Below, one piece after another: positions 15,675 through 25,268 of a stretch of DNA of 46,805 nt (its first letter is position 1; each line of letters opens with the position of its first letter). The position numbers and the translations under genes are program-made. This DNA comes from an uncultured Porphyromonadaceae bacterium (lineage in GTDB: Bacteria > Bacteroidota > Bacteroidia > Bacteroidales > UBA12481), in NCBI GenBank assembly GCA_964444375.1, contig CAYUGX010000001.1, positions 5,686-52,490 on the forward strand, in the 5' to 3' direction. The notes under the pieces are model-generated. The model worked only from the letters and a program-made list of their open reading frames with translations. It ran no database searches and was not told the DNA's origin.

Positions 15675-18290
15675 TTATAAGAGTAATCCATTAAACAACA
15701 ACTTAAAGTTAGCGGTTGTGGAGGCTCTGAATTGTGGATTAAAACCAAAGAGCACGACCTGGCCTTTCCCTTTTTTAAGCCAAACTAAAGCCGGTTTGCC
15801 CGCTAATTTCTCAACCTTTTCTGCATAGCCACTGACCAGGATATCTCGCTCGACATATGTGCCAAGTACTCTACGGTCGATGTCGAAATACGGTATACTC
15901 GTTTCAAAAACCGGCTTTCCACGGCTGAACACATTGAGTTTATCTGGCATGCCATAACACAAAGGATAATTTGTATTCAGATCAAGTTTAAGCAATGAAC
16001 CCGGAATTCTCAGTCCGTTCTTAGCCAGAGAAGAGCCAATATCTTTTACTGGAAATTGGAATTCCTCATTCTCATCTTTGCTTTTTTGGATGCTTTGGTT
16101 ACCCATGAACAAGGCTGTTGATTTTCCCCACGACAATACCACACCTCCCTTGTCAATGAATTCCATTAGGTCAGACTGACCTTTTTTACCCATCCCTTTC
16201 AGCAATTTTGGATCATAGTTGGGGATGGAATAGGTACCGCCTTCTCTTTTCGATTTGGCTTCAACAAGGAGATCTTTATTGACATCCGGAAGGATGAGGA
16301 CATCAAAATCAGCCAGCATTTTTTTGGTGATTTCCTTTGGCTGAATCACTGTAAACGGAATGTGATAGGAGTCGAGCACATAGCGTGTCCAACCGGCATC
16401 CATATCATGAAAAATCGTTTCTACTAACGCAATGGCAGGAAGTGTCACGGTTTTAGTTGGCCCAGAAAATGGTTCTTTCAACCATTCGAGTTGACCAGCT
16501 AATGGGCTAAATATGCCCGCGAGTTTTTCTTTCTCAACATCCTGCAAAGAGATGATAAAATCCCCTGCCGACCACAAAGTTCCGGCTTGGGTAGCCCGCT
16601 CAACCTGTCTTCCATCTTTCAGTGCATCAAAGACGACCTGATAACTCCGGTTCCAGGCTGCGGGCAGGATCACCGAATGATAGGAATCGGGTATTTGCGG
16701 TTCGAATGAAACAGGGAAAGTGAGTTTCTTAAGGGCTGAACCAATCTGCTTATCTACCTGGTTTATTTCAATGGATTGCACGCCCCGGTGAAGCGGTAGC
16801 GACCAGGAGGTGATGTCGTACGGGGGTATGAGTTCACCGCCTGGTGTATAGTGCCTGGCTGGAAAAATCTGTTTTTCCAGCACTTCTTTTATAAATGCCC
16901 TGAACGGCTGGGCTAGTGGAACAACATAATCACCCTCACGAAGTAGCTTTGAATCATGGTCAATGGTCTTCTCAAGCTGGTATACTTCGACACCATGCTC
17001 ATCAAGCAGGTTAAGTAACTCCTGTAATTCCCCGGGATCATCTTGCCGGGCTGGAAAAACATAATGGTAGGGAGCCTCTGTTTTACCTTTTTCCGTTTCT
17101 TTCTTCGCGATGTCATTTCGAAACTGAAGAAGCTCTTTCTTATGATAGGCAGCAGTTTTCAGTATTGACCAGGTGGTGGCTAACTCATATTCAATGATAT
17201 CCGATAAGCGCCACCAGCCTCCTTCCCAGGGTAGAGGCAGGTTGATGCTCTTTTTGTATTCACCCAGGCCCTTACCGCGAGCCTTTAATTCGTTCTTTTC
17301 AACAAAAATTGGCGTAGCAAATTGCACACTGGCCGCCTCTGTCAGCATGCCTATAACATTTTTCCAGATGGCCGTTTCTGTTGAGCCGGGCCAATAATCA
17401 TCAAACAAATAATGCTGTGAAACGCCTGCCAGTCCTTTATTCGACATGTCCTTGCTCATGTTTGATCCAAAGATCCAGGTCCAGTTCCAAATTTGCTCAT
17501 CGACGTTTTCTGCAATTGGATCATGCATCGGGGGTACAAAATACCTGGGACCGGTCGAGCCCATCTGGTGTTTTTCTACCATCACCTGAGGCAACCAGGT
17601 CTTGCTGTATGCTCGTGCAATGGCTTTGTTATCGGATTGCGTCAGTGTCACAAAATCTCGATTGTTATCGTGTCCGACATACTTGTGGTATACCTGAGGC
17701 ATTGATCCTCCCTCGTATTTAGTCCCCTTGTAGGCATTGTAATGATCCACTACCATATCCATACCGTCTGGATTATGGCAAGGAATCATCATATATACCA
17801 CATCTTCAAGCCAACCGAGCAATTCTGGATCTGCAGTGGTGGCCACTTCGTAGGCCACTAATGGGGCTGATTGTGAAGGTCCCACCTCTCCTGAATGCAT
17901 TGACAAAGCTCCCATAACAAATACTTTCCCATCAGCAACAGCTTCTTGCACTTCGCTCTCAGAGAGCTTCACATTCAGGGCCAGATCTTGATTAATCTTT
18001 TTCAACTGTGAGAGCTTGGCTATATTATCTTCTGTAGACAGAAAGGTGGCATATATTTTCTTTCCGTTGGGTGATATGCCTATTTCAGTCATTAAAATTC
18101 TTGGTGACTGTTCAGCCAACACCCCCAAATAATCGATCAGCGGTTGGTAATTAAACAAAAAACGATCAGTTCCGGGTTGCTCACCAAAAAACGCTTTGGG
18201 TGTCGGTATAGTCTGATCAGCCTCTTGTGCCTGGGCAACAAAAAAACACGCAACTGCGAGAACGAAAGTTAGAACGTAATTTTTACTCAT
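15675..18290 (-). CDS. M14-family zinc carboxypeptidase, large form with a long C-terminal extension
   Basis: It has a signal peptide (MSKNYVLTFVLAVACFFVAQAQ), the zinc motif HSGEVG (HxxE), CHNPDGMD, and a later His in VEKHQMG. I use the ATG at 18290 because it gives the signal peptide. Confidence 0.85.
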   Translation of the reverse strand: MSKNYVLTFVLAVACFFVAQAQEADQTIPTPKAFFGEQPGTDRFLFNYQPLIDYLGVLAEQSPRILMTEIGISPNGKKIYATFLSTEDNIAKLSQLKKINQDLALNVKLSESEVQEAVADGKVFVMGALSMHSGEVGPSQSAPLVAYEVATTADPELLGWLEDVVYMMIPCHNPDGMDMVVDHYNAYKGTKYEGGSMPQVYHKYVGHDNNRDFVTLTQSDNKAIARAYSKTWLPQVMVEKHQMGSTGPRYFVPPMHDPIAENVDEQIWNWTWIFGSNMSKDMSNKGLAGVSQHYLFDDYWPGSTETAIWKNVIGMLTEAASVQFATPIFVEKNELKARGKGLGEYKKSINLPLPWEGGWWRLSDIIEYELATTWSILKTAAYHKKELLQFRNDIAKKETEKGKTEAPYHYVFPARQDDPGELQELLNLLDEHGVEVYQLEKTIDHDSKLLREGDYVVPLAQPFRAFIKEVLEKQIFPARHYTPGGELIPPYDITSWSLPLHRGVQSIEINQVDKQIGSALKKLTFPVSFEPQIPDSYHSVILPAAWNRSYQVVFDALKDGRQVERATQAGTLWSAGDFIISLQDVEKEKLAGIFSPLAGQLEWLKEPFSGPTKTVTLPAIALVETIFHDMDAGWTRYVLDSYHIPFTVIQPKEITKKMLADFDVLILPDVNKDLLVEAKSKREGGTYSIPNYDPKLLKGMGKKGQSDLMEFIDKGGVVLSWGKSTALFMGNQSIQKSKDENEEFQFPVKDIGSSLAKNGLRIPGSLLKLDLNTNYPLCYGMPDKLNVFSRGKPVFETSIPYFDIDRRVLGTYVERDILVSGYAEKVEKLAGKPALVWLKKGKGQVVLFGFNPQFRASTTANFKLLFNGLLL

Positions 18291-18425
18291 GATTATCAGT
18301 TTAGGATGGCACATATAAAGCGCTCGGTTTCAATAGTAAACTTACAAAAATTGCAAAGCTTTGTTTAACAAGAACAGGTTAGGCAAGATTCTTTTATCTT
18401 CGTAAACAAATCACGTGAAACACCA

Positions 18426-19856
18426 ATGGAATCTACTGAATTTACTGCGGCCTGGCTTAAAAACTATCAAACTGCACCTTCGCAACTTAGCAAAATATCG
18501 AATGTAAATGGCTTAATATCTGCCTTCAACGCGAATATTGATGCTGTTATCAAGGTATCCGGCAGCATGATAGAATCGTTGATTGCTGAACACAATCTCT
18601 CTGTTGACGCCATCCTTTCTCCTGGAGAACGCAAAATCGAATCTTCAGAAGATGCCATCCGCGGTTTAGTTCATTGCTTCTCCGGTGGGATTGCTGAAGA
18701 ATGGTTAATCAGAGACAGGTTGGTATTTGAATGGTTACATACCCATGTGGGTTATGACAAACTCCAAATGGGTGGTCAGGGCGGCATTGTGGCCAACGTG
18801 ATGGCTGTCTGCGGCGTTCAATCTGTATATGTGCATTGTGCAGCTATACCCAAAGAGCAAGCCGGGCTCTTCCTGGATCTAGAGAATCTCAAAACCACTG
18901 ACCATGAAGGACATTTGGGTAAAGCCCACACTACACATCGCGAAGATGATATCCCCCTGATACACTGGATTATCGAGTTTGATAAAGGCGATCAGATAAG
19001 GTTGGCTGACCAGGTGATAAAATGCCCCAAGTCAAATCGTTTTATTGCCACCTACGATCCTTTGAATTTCAGATTGGCCATTGATCCCTATTTTGCCCAT
19101 GAGATGGCAAAACCAGAAGTCAAACTGGATTATGTTGTATTATCTGGTTTTCAGATGTTGCAAGAAACCCTGGCGGATGGTGAAACTGGTGCTGAACGAA
19201 TAGACCGAGCCATTCGTGTGATCAACCGCTGGAAAGAATGCCATCCTGATGCCATCCTGCATCTTGAGATGGCCTCAACCCAAGACCAGGCAATGCGGAA
19301 ATACTTGCTTGATACTCTGGCACAGAAGGTTGACAGCCTGGGTTTTAACGAGAGAGAATTGATTGATCTGCTCGAAGTAATGGGTGAGACAGAACTCGCC
19401 GAAGCCTGTGATGCATCGACAGATGCCGTTCACCTTTTCCAGGGTATGCAGAAGCTGAGAGCCTATACCCGTTGCCCGAGGGTACAGTTACACATGTTTG
19501 GCCTGTACCTGACTCTGCAAGACACAGATTTTGTTATTACTGCCGAACAAAACAGAAATGGGATGCAATTGGCGGCGGTTATTGCTGCTGCCAAAGCCGG
19601 AACGGGCTCAATTCATGATAAAGCCGTTTTACTTTGGGCGAAAGACCGTGCTGTTTCCAAACAAGGACTAAACGAAATGGTTGCATTGGATACCCTCCTG
19701 GGTGGTTCTGGTGGAGGTGATTTTCTTAGCACCGGGATTGCCCAGATTGAGGCAACCACGGTCATTGCCGTGCCCAGCATTCTCATTGATCAACCCGTAA
19801 CTTTGGTGGGCATGGGCGACACCATTTCATCAATTTCCCTGGTTGGTGCTCAATAA
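18426..19856 (+). CDS. ADP-dependent sugar kinase family protein (archaeal ADP-glucokinase/ADP-phosphofructokinase type, ribokinase superfamily)
   Basis: All family signatures I remember are present in the correct order: AFNANIDAV (NxNxD), QMGGQGGIVANVMA, HLEMAS (HxE), GFNERELIDL (NExE) and the C-terminal VGMGDTISS (GxGDxxS). There is no signal peptide. Confidence 0.8.
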   Translation: MESTEFTAAWLKNYQTAPSQLSKISNVNGLISAFNANIDAVIKVSGSMIESLIAEHNLSVDAILSPGERKIESSEDAIRGLVHCFSGGIAEEWLIRDRLVFEWLHTHVGYDKLQMGGQGGIVANVMAVCGVQSVYVHCAAIPKEQAGLFLDLENLKTTDHEGHLGKAHTTHREDDIPLIHWIIEFDKGDQIRLADQVIKCPKSNRFIATYDPLNFRLAIDPYFAHEMAKPEVKLDYVVLSGFQMLQETLADGETGAERIDRAIRVINRWKECHPDAILHLEMASTQDQAMRKYLLDTLAQKVDSLGFNERELIDLLEVMGETELAEACDASTDAVHLFQGMQKLRAYTRCPRVQLHMFGLYLTLQDTDFVITAEQNRNGMQLAAVIAAAKAGTGSIHDKAVLLWAKDRAVSKQGLNEMVALDTLLGGSGGGDFLSTGIAQIEATTVIAVPSILIDQPVTLVGMGDTISSISLVGAQ

Positions 19857-19928
19857 CAGGTCTGCACCCAGACATAATCACTAACTTGCCCGTTGACCAG
19901 GGGTCAAGTTTAATACATCCTTTTGATT

Positions 19929-21548
19929 ATGAAAAAAACTGCTGCACTTACACTGCTGTGTCTGCTTACTGCATGGGCAATGGCACAGCAAACCGGCTAT
20001 CCAGACGCTCTATTTTCCAGGGCTGAAAAAACCAATTTTGAAGAAACATCACTAAGTATTGATGTGAGAAATTTTGTCAACGAACTCGATAAACGCTCAG
20101 CACTGGTTCATGTGGAAACTTTCGGGCAATCGCTTTCGGGGCAAGCCCTCCAATTAGTAGTTATGGCAAAACCGGCTATTACCACACCTGAGGAGGCAAA
20201 AGCCAGTGGTAAACCTGTGATTTATGTGCAAGGCAATATCCACGCCGGAGAGGTCGAAGGCAAGGAAGCTACAATAACCTTAATGCGAGAAATTGCTTTC
20301 GAAAACAAGCAGTATTTGCTGGATAATCAAATCCTGCTGTTCTGTCCTAATTATAATCCGGATGGGAATGATAAACTTTCAGAAACCAATCGTCGAAGTC
20401 AGGAAGGTAGTCCGAAATTAGCTGGAGAACGCGCATCGGGAGAAGGATTCGATTTAAATCGTGAAGGGATGAAGCTCGAAGCCCTCGAAGCTAAAGCGCT
20501 GGTTAAAAATGTTTTCAATCGTTGGGACCCGGCTCTGTTTGTTGACCTTCATACCGATAATGGATCATGGCATGGATATGCTTTAAATTATGCCCCTTCA
20601 TTCCATTCTGTTGGAGATCTTGCACCTACTTCTCTCACCAAACATGAGTTATTGCCCTGGGTGAAGGAGGATGTGTCGGAACGCACTGGAGTGCCGCTCT
20701 GGTGGCATGGTTATCTAAGAATGAGACCCGGACAACCTGGCATGTACACGGCGTATTCTCACCTGCCACGTTATATGGTCAACTACGTAGGCCTGAGAAA
20801 CAGGATGGGCATACTGAGTGAAACTTTCGCGCATCAATTATTTGAAAAGCGTACCCTGGCAACCTATTTGTTAGTAGAATCCATTCTACGCTATACCAAT
20901 GACCATGCCGCTGACATTCAGAATTGTATTACCCAGGCAGATCAACGAACCATCACCCAAATCATTGCGGAGGCAGGAAAACTAACAAAAGGTGTGCGTT
21001 TTCAGCGGATCTCAGATCCTGAGTTGGTTGAAATTCTGGTCAGGGAAACAGAAACGTATGAAGACAGTAACGGACGCAGACGAATGCGTCAAACCGGAAA
21101 GATCAGATGGGCCGACAGCATTAGTCATTATAACGCTTTCGAAGCTACTTTGGAAAGCACCGTTCCCAGGTATTACTATTTCAAGGCCAAGCACCAGTCA
21201 ATAGCCAAGAAATTGATGGAACATGGCATTTCAGTTGACCAGGTCACCAAAAAAGAACGCCTTGAGGCCAGTGTATTTGTAGTAGAATCCTTTAAAAAGA
21301 ATGAACGATCAAGATATCCGGGGCACAAACCGGTTCAATTGGATGGTTATTTTGAAACAAAAAAAATGACCTTCAAACCAGGTGATTTCAAAATTGATCT
21401 GGCTCAACCCCTGGCCTGGCTTATCTTTTACTTACTCGAACCACAAGCCGACGATGGTTTGGTCTACTGGAATTACTTTGATGAGTTTCTCGAAGCCAAT
21501 AAGGCCGGTGAGAAAGCCGTGGCTTTTCCCGTCGTGAAGTCGTGGTAG
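19929..21548 (+). CDS. M14-family zinc carboxypeptidase
   Basis: It has a signal peptide (MKKTAALTLLCLLTAWAMAQ), VQGNIHAGEVEG (HxxE), NYNPDGND and DLHTDNG. The track start at 19923 is a TTG, so I use the ATG at 19929. Confidence 0.85.
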   Translation: MKKTAALTLLCLLTAWAMAQQTGYPDALFSRAEKTNFEETSLSIDVRNFVNELDKRSALVHVETFGQSLSGQALQLVVMAKPAITTPEEAKASGKPVIYVQGNIHAGEVEGKEATITLMREIAFENKQYLLDNQILLFCPNYNPDGNDKLSETNRRSQEGSPKLAGERASGEGFDLNREGMKLEALEAKALVKNVFNRWDPALFVDLHTDNGSWHGYALNYAPSFHSVGDLAPTSLTKHELLPWVKEDVSERTGVPLWWHGYLRMRPGQPGMYTAYSHLPRYMVNYVGLRNRMGILSETFAHQLFEKRTLATYLLVESILRYTNDHAADIQNCITQADQRTITQIIAEAGKLTKGVRFQRISDPELVEILVRETETYEDSNGRRRMRQTGKIRWADSISHYNAFEATLESTVPRYYYFKAKHQSIAKKLMEHGISVDQVTKKERLEASVFVVESFKKNERSRYPGHKPVQLDGYFETKKMTFKPGDFKIDLAQPLAWLIFYLLEPQADDGLVYWNYFDEFLEANKAGEKAVAFPVVKSW

Positions 21549-21550
21549 CG

Positions 21551-24500
21551 CTATCTGGCTACGATCAACTTTTGTCGGGATAACAAACCGAATTCGTCTT
21601 CAAGTAGCAGGTAATAAATACCCGGGTTGATCTGGCTCAGATTGATGTGCTGGTTGCCCTGGTGTGATTCCAGTATTGTATTAAACACTAAACGGCCTTG
21701 ATTATTGAATAAGCGCGCTTGGATAGAATTGATTTGGGTAGTAATGCCAGACACATACAGCACATCGTTCACTGGATTTGGAAAGACCTGTATCTCCATA
21801 TCATGCTGGTGCAGACTAGTAACTGCACTGCTTTGGTAATCACCCAATACGACTCTATCTAAGAGGAATTCGCCCCAATCTGTACCCGCTTGATGCTGGC
21901 CTTGACTTGAGAAGGCTAATCCCTCAAGTGAAATTTTGTCGTCTCTAAATTCCCACTGCTGATTCAAGACCAGTTTTTCACCACAATACATGAAGATTCG
22001 ACGATTCCTGGCCATAATCCTGATGGAGAACTCAATCCATTCGTCACCTGGATAGGCAAAGCTTGATTTAATCGATTCATCGAATCGAATACTTCCCTCT
22101 CCAGATTGCAAACGCACATTGACATTGGCACCTGCCAGATTAATCAAGCTAATAGATGCCCCTTTGTTGTTCAGGGTCTTTAAAAAAAAACGTATTTTGA
22201 GAACGGGCAGATCGATGTGTGTCAGATCCAGCATAATATTGGATTCGTCATGTAGATGAAGTGATTTCGATCCTTCAAAAGGATCCTGAGTCCTTACTTC
22301 AGCATCCTGGTAGGTATCGGCACCTCCCCGAGACAAGCTCCAGAAAGATGATTCACGGGTCACCTGAGTATTGGCATCGTAGTCTTCAAAACCATCAACA
22401 AACGGCAATTCCAATTTTTCACAGGTGCTGATCTTGCGCTTTCCTGAATAATATTCGGTATCCGGATAATTTGCTCGAACTTGCCAGTAGTACACCTGGC
22501 CTTTGGTCGGATAAAAGGTATAACTTGAGTCTTGTAAACCGATGCTAACCGGAGAAAGAAGCTCATCTGAACCCAGCAAAAAATCAAAAGAGGCAGCCGA
22601 TTGAGATCCCGGAACTGACCAGGAACAGGTGAGCTTACGGGTAACGATTTGATTCTCCGGGGCTGGGCGCAAAAAACAAGGACTGCGGTCTTCGTAAAGT
22701 GAATCGACCTTAACCACAGGTATCGACAATACGACATCCGGTAGGTAAAGGGTATAACTTTCCTTGGACAAAGGCATATTTTGAAGGTCCAAAAATGTAA
22801 TTTGCTGATCATAATCGGCCGACCAAAAGGGATACAGATCGCTTATGAGATTACTCGCAAGCGACAGATGGTCAAGATTCCCATAATGCTTGAAAGAGGG
22901 CATGGTCGTGAGCCTGTTATTTGCCAGATCAAACACTCGTAGCGATCTGCTTGCTGTTTTCGGCAAGGCAGCCAATTGATTCTGACTCAGGTTTAGACTC
23001 TTCAAATTGGGCATGGAGCGAAAGACCGAAGGAAACTGGCTGAAATGGTTTTGATCAAGAATTAATTCAGCCATATGATTCAGATCAAATGCTACAGTAA
23101 GTGCATTGAGCTGATTTTCGCCAGCATCCAGTCTAATCAGATGAGGTAGTGAATGATGAATCCTCAGTTTGCTTAACTGATTGCCTCTCAGATTTATGAG
23201 CAAAACATTGGGAACACTGGCCATAAATGTGCTATTGGTAATCTTGTTTCTTGACAGGTCAAGATTTTGTAAAAACGGCAATGGCTTGGCCAAATTCAAC
23301 GACTCCATGGGAGTTTCAGAAATGCTTAAACACACCAGATTCTCGAGGTGCTTCAACCAAGGTGAGGTATCCATTGGTACTCTTGCTATCTCCAGGTGCA
23401 GCAGGTGATGGGCTAAATCAGCCGCAATCCCATTAGTGATGACGACCTGATCAAGCTGTAAAACAAGTAATTTCAAGTCATCAGGCAATTCAGGAAACCG
23501 CAACAAGGTATCGGCTGACAGATTGAGCTGCACCAATTTATCCGGTAGGTCAATAGAGGTAAAGAAAGCTGGATTGGGATTATGAAGGCGCAAAATCTGT
23601 AAATGTGGAAGTTCAGAAATGAATTGAAGGTCTACCTGATCATTTGCATCAAACACAAGTTCAAGCTCGTGCAGGCCCAAGCATTTATTCAGAAGGGGAG
23701 CTGATATCATCGATGTGTTTACCGTTAGGGTGGTCAGCTGTGCTAATTCTCCTTCAAGAATTGCCTGCTCTGATCTTGTCTCAGGCAAATTCAGTTGATT
23801 CTGAATATAGCTATAGAGGGCTGTACTTTCAAATTGAACCGGATTACCTGAATAGTAGACCCAAAGTGGCCCGATCTTCAGTGACTCACCTGACTGGTAA
23901 ACAGCTGCAATCCGCACGGGATTCCAGCCCGGGGCTAATAGGTTGGCAGATATATGTAGTTGTTCCGTTTCAATGAATTCATAATCTGAGTAATAGACCC
24001 GGTATAATTCGGGCATTTCCGATCCTTTCGGTTCTTTCCAGTGAATAATATGGCCTTCATCACCTAGCTCAACACTCAGATCGGTTGGTTCTTCGTAGAG
24101 ATTATCGGGCTGGATATTGACAATCGCTTCCTGAACCGAAAACCCGTGAATCATGTTGGCGGCATAGTATCCGTCTCCAATACCACCCCAACCCAGATTG
24201 AAATGCAAATAACCGTTCTCATCGATTCCATCACAAACAAAGGCATGTCCTCCTCCTGCCATAAAAACAGGGTTATACGACAACAAATTATTTAGAATAA
24301 GCTCTTCCCAGTCTTCTCGCCCATATTCATTTCGGCGTGCTCGATAACTCTCTGTATAGCCCCAGGCTTGGAAAGTTTTTAATGCCATGCCCGTTGAGGC
24401 CGATGATCCCTGATACCCATAGTTCATTCGTAAATCCTGGCCAATATCTGCCAGTAATTTTGATATCGTCAGGTCGTAGCACACTGGTCGATCAATCATT

Positions 24501-25060
24501 TGCTCCCACAGGTATTTGGGTAATCGAGCAGTGTCGTTGTCGTAACCGTGGTGCCTGATAATCTGGCCCATGGCTACTGCAATACAACCTGCCCAAGCCT
24601 TTCTTTCAGGTCCTAGCATTTGAATCGGACAATAGCGATTAAACCATTTCCCCTGAGACCATGTTGTATTTAAAAGAGGCCCTACCGGATGGTCTATCAA
24701 GGTGGTGGTTTTCAGTAGACGAAAGGGAGTTTTTTCCATTTCGTTCATCCAGTTTTGGATAAACTGTGGATCGACGGTGCTATTGGAGAAGCAATTTTGA
24801 GTGGAGTAGCTGATCACCCTGTGATCATTTCCTTTTATTTTATAGGCGATAAAACAGGGGGGATCAATGGATTCTAGAATATACATATTGCCCTGCCGGA
24901 TTGGGCTGAACGTAATAGCCTGTTTTGATAAAGTACCCGACGGGTCTTGCGCTCGCAAGAACTCAACGCTTTGTTCATTTAGCTCCTGAGCCAAACACGG
25001 GAAGCTGGCTGCCCAAAAACCAAAAAAACAACAGATCGCGAGTTTTAGCCAAAGTCTCAT
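21551..25060 (-). CDS. C10 (streptopain/SpeB-like) cysteine protease fused to an FN3-like domain, about 13 leucine-rich repeats, a beta-sandwich region and a T9SS C-terminal sorting domain
   Basis: It has a signal peptide (MRLWLKLAICCFFGFWAASFPCLAQ) and a propeptide-like FSPIRQGNMYILES. The catalytic Cys context is TTWSQGKWFNRYCP...AGCIAVAMGQII and the His context is GGGHAFVCDG...FNLGWGG. LRRs (LxxLxLxxNxL) lie at roughly 22763-23740. The CTD reads IQVFPNPVNDVLYVSG...GIYYLLLEDEFGLLSRQKLIVAR. The start at 25060 is chosen for the signal peptide. The track start at 25192 would leave no room for a promoter after the upstream terminator. Confidence 0.85.
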   Translation of the reverse strand: MRLWLKLAICCFFGFWAASFPCLAQELNEQSVEFLRAQDPSGTLSKQAITFSPIRQGNMYILESIDPPCFIAYKIKGNDHRVISYSTQNCFSNSTVDPQFIQNWMNEMEKTPFRLLKTTTLIDHPVGPLLNTTWSQGKWFNRYCPIQMLGPERKAWAGCIAVAMGQIIRHHGYDNDTARLPKYLWEQMIDRPVCYDLTISKLLADIGQDLRMNYGYQGSSASTGMALKTFQAWGYTESYRARRNEYGREDWEELILNNLLSYNPVFMAGGGHAFVCDGIDENGYLHFNLGWGGIGDGYYAANMIHGFSVQEAIVNIQPDNLYEEPTDLSVELGDEGHIIHWKEPKGSEMPELYRVYYSDYEFIETEQLHISANLLAPGWNPVRIAAVYQSGESLKIGPLWVYYSGNPVQFESTALYSYIQNQLNLPETRSEQAILEGELAQLTTLTVNTSMISAPLLNKCLGLHELELVFDANDQVDLQFISELPHLQILRLHNPNPAFFTSIDLPDKLVQLNLSADTLLRFPELPDDLKLLVLQLDQVVITNGIAADLAHHLLHLEIARVPMDTSPWLKHLENLVCLSISETPMESLNLAKPLPFLQNLDLSRNKITNSTFMASVPNVLLINLRGNQLSKLRIHHSLPHLIRLDAGENQLNALTVAFDLNHMAELILDQNHFSQFPSVFRSMPNLKSLNLSQNQLAALPKTASRSLRVFDLANNRLTTMPSFKHYGNLDHLSLASNLISDLYPFWSADYDQQITFLDLQNMPLSKESYTLYLPDVVLSIPVVKVDSLYEDRSPCFLRPAPENQIVTRKLTCSWSVPGSQSAASFDFLLGSDELLSPVSIGLQDSSYTFYPTKGQVYYWQVRANYPDTEYYSGKRKISTCEKLELPFVDGFEDYDANTQVTRESSFWSLSRGGADTYQDAEVRTQDPFEGSKSLHLHDESNIMLDLTHIDLPVLKIRFFLKTLNNKGASISLINLAGANVNVRLQSGEGSIRFDESIKSSFAYPGDEWIEFSIRIMARNRRIFMYCGEKLVLNQQWEFRDDKISLEGLAFSSQGQHQAGTDWGEFLLDRVVLGDYQSSAVTSLHQHDMEIQVFPNPVNDVLYVSGITTQINSIQARLFNNQGRLVFNTILESHQGNQHINLSQINPGIYYLLLEDEFGLLSRQKLIVAR

Positions 25061-25212
25061 AACTGTACGCTTAGTAAGCTGGATGAGACAAGGGTGCTTT
25101 GCTCTGAACAAGTTACAACAGAAAGACGACACAAAAACACCAACATTACAGCCTGGTGCCAGTTGTTTGAGAGGTGATGCATTCTTTTTCATAAGTGTGG
25201 GATTACACTCAC

Positions 25213-25244
25213 AAAAAAAGAGGCCCCCACAATGTGGAGGCCCC
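25213..25244 (-). terminator. rho-independent terminator of the 25269 gene
   Basis: The minus strand reads ggggcctccac-att-gtgggggcc followed by a T-run (tctttttttgt). The stem is 9 bp with one C-A mismatch. It lies 25 nt after the stop. Confidence 0.7.
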
Positions 25245-25268
25245 TGGTTAATACTAAACAGTTATCTA

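Noticed and set aside
15651-15677. A heptamer tandem repeat, aactgat x3.5 (aactgataactgataactgataact), directly after the M14 stop codon.
   Set aside because: It is too short and too uniform to be a CRISPR array. It lies outside coding sequence and promoters, so a phase-variation role is unsupported. It is most likely a trivial microsatellite.
19893-19910. A hairpin ttgacc-agg-ggtcaa followed by gttt after the ADP-kinase stop. The same judgement applies to tttctg-N11-cagaaa at 15595-15617 and tcgaaa-N11-tttcga at 4070-4092.
   Set aside because: The stems are only 6 bp, mostly A/T or with poor U-tracts. I cannot support them as terminators from sequence alone.
25061-25192. An N-terminal extension of the C10 protease ORF (MKKNASPLKQ..., start at 25192). 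The 147-aa plus-strand ORF 25083-25526 spans the same region.
   Set aside because: The extension would bury the good signal peptide 44 residues inside the protein. It would also leave only ~20 nt between the upstream terminator and the start. The plus-strand ORF runs through a terminator and into the antisense of paralog 1.
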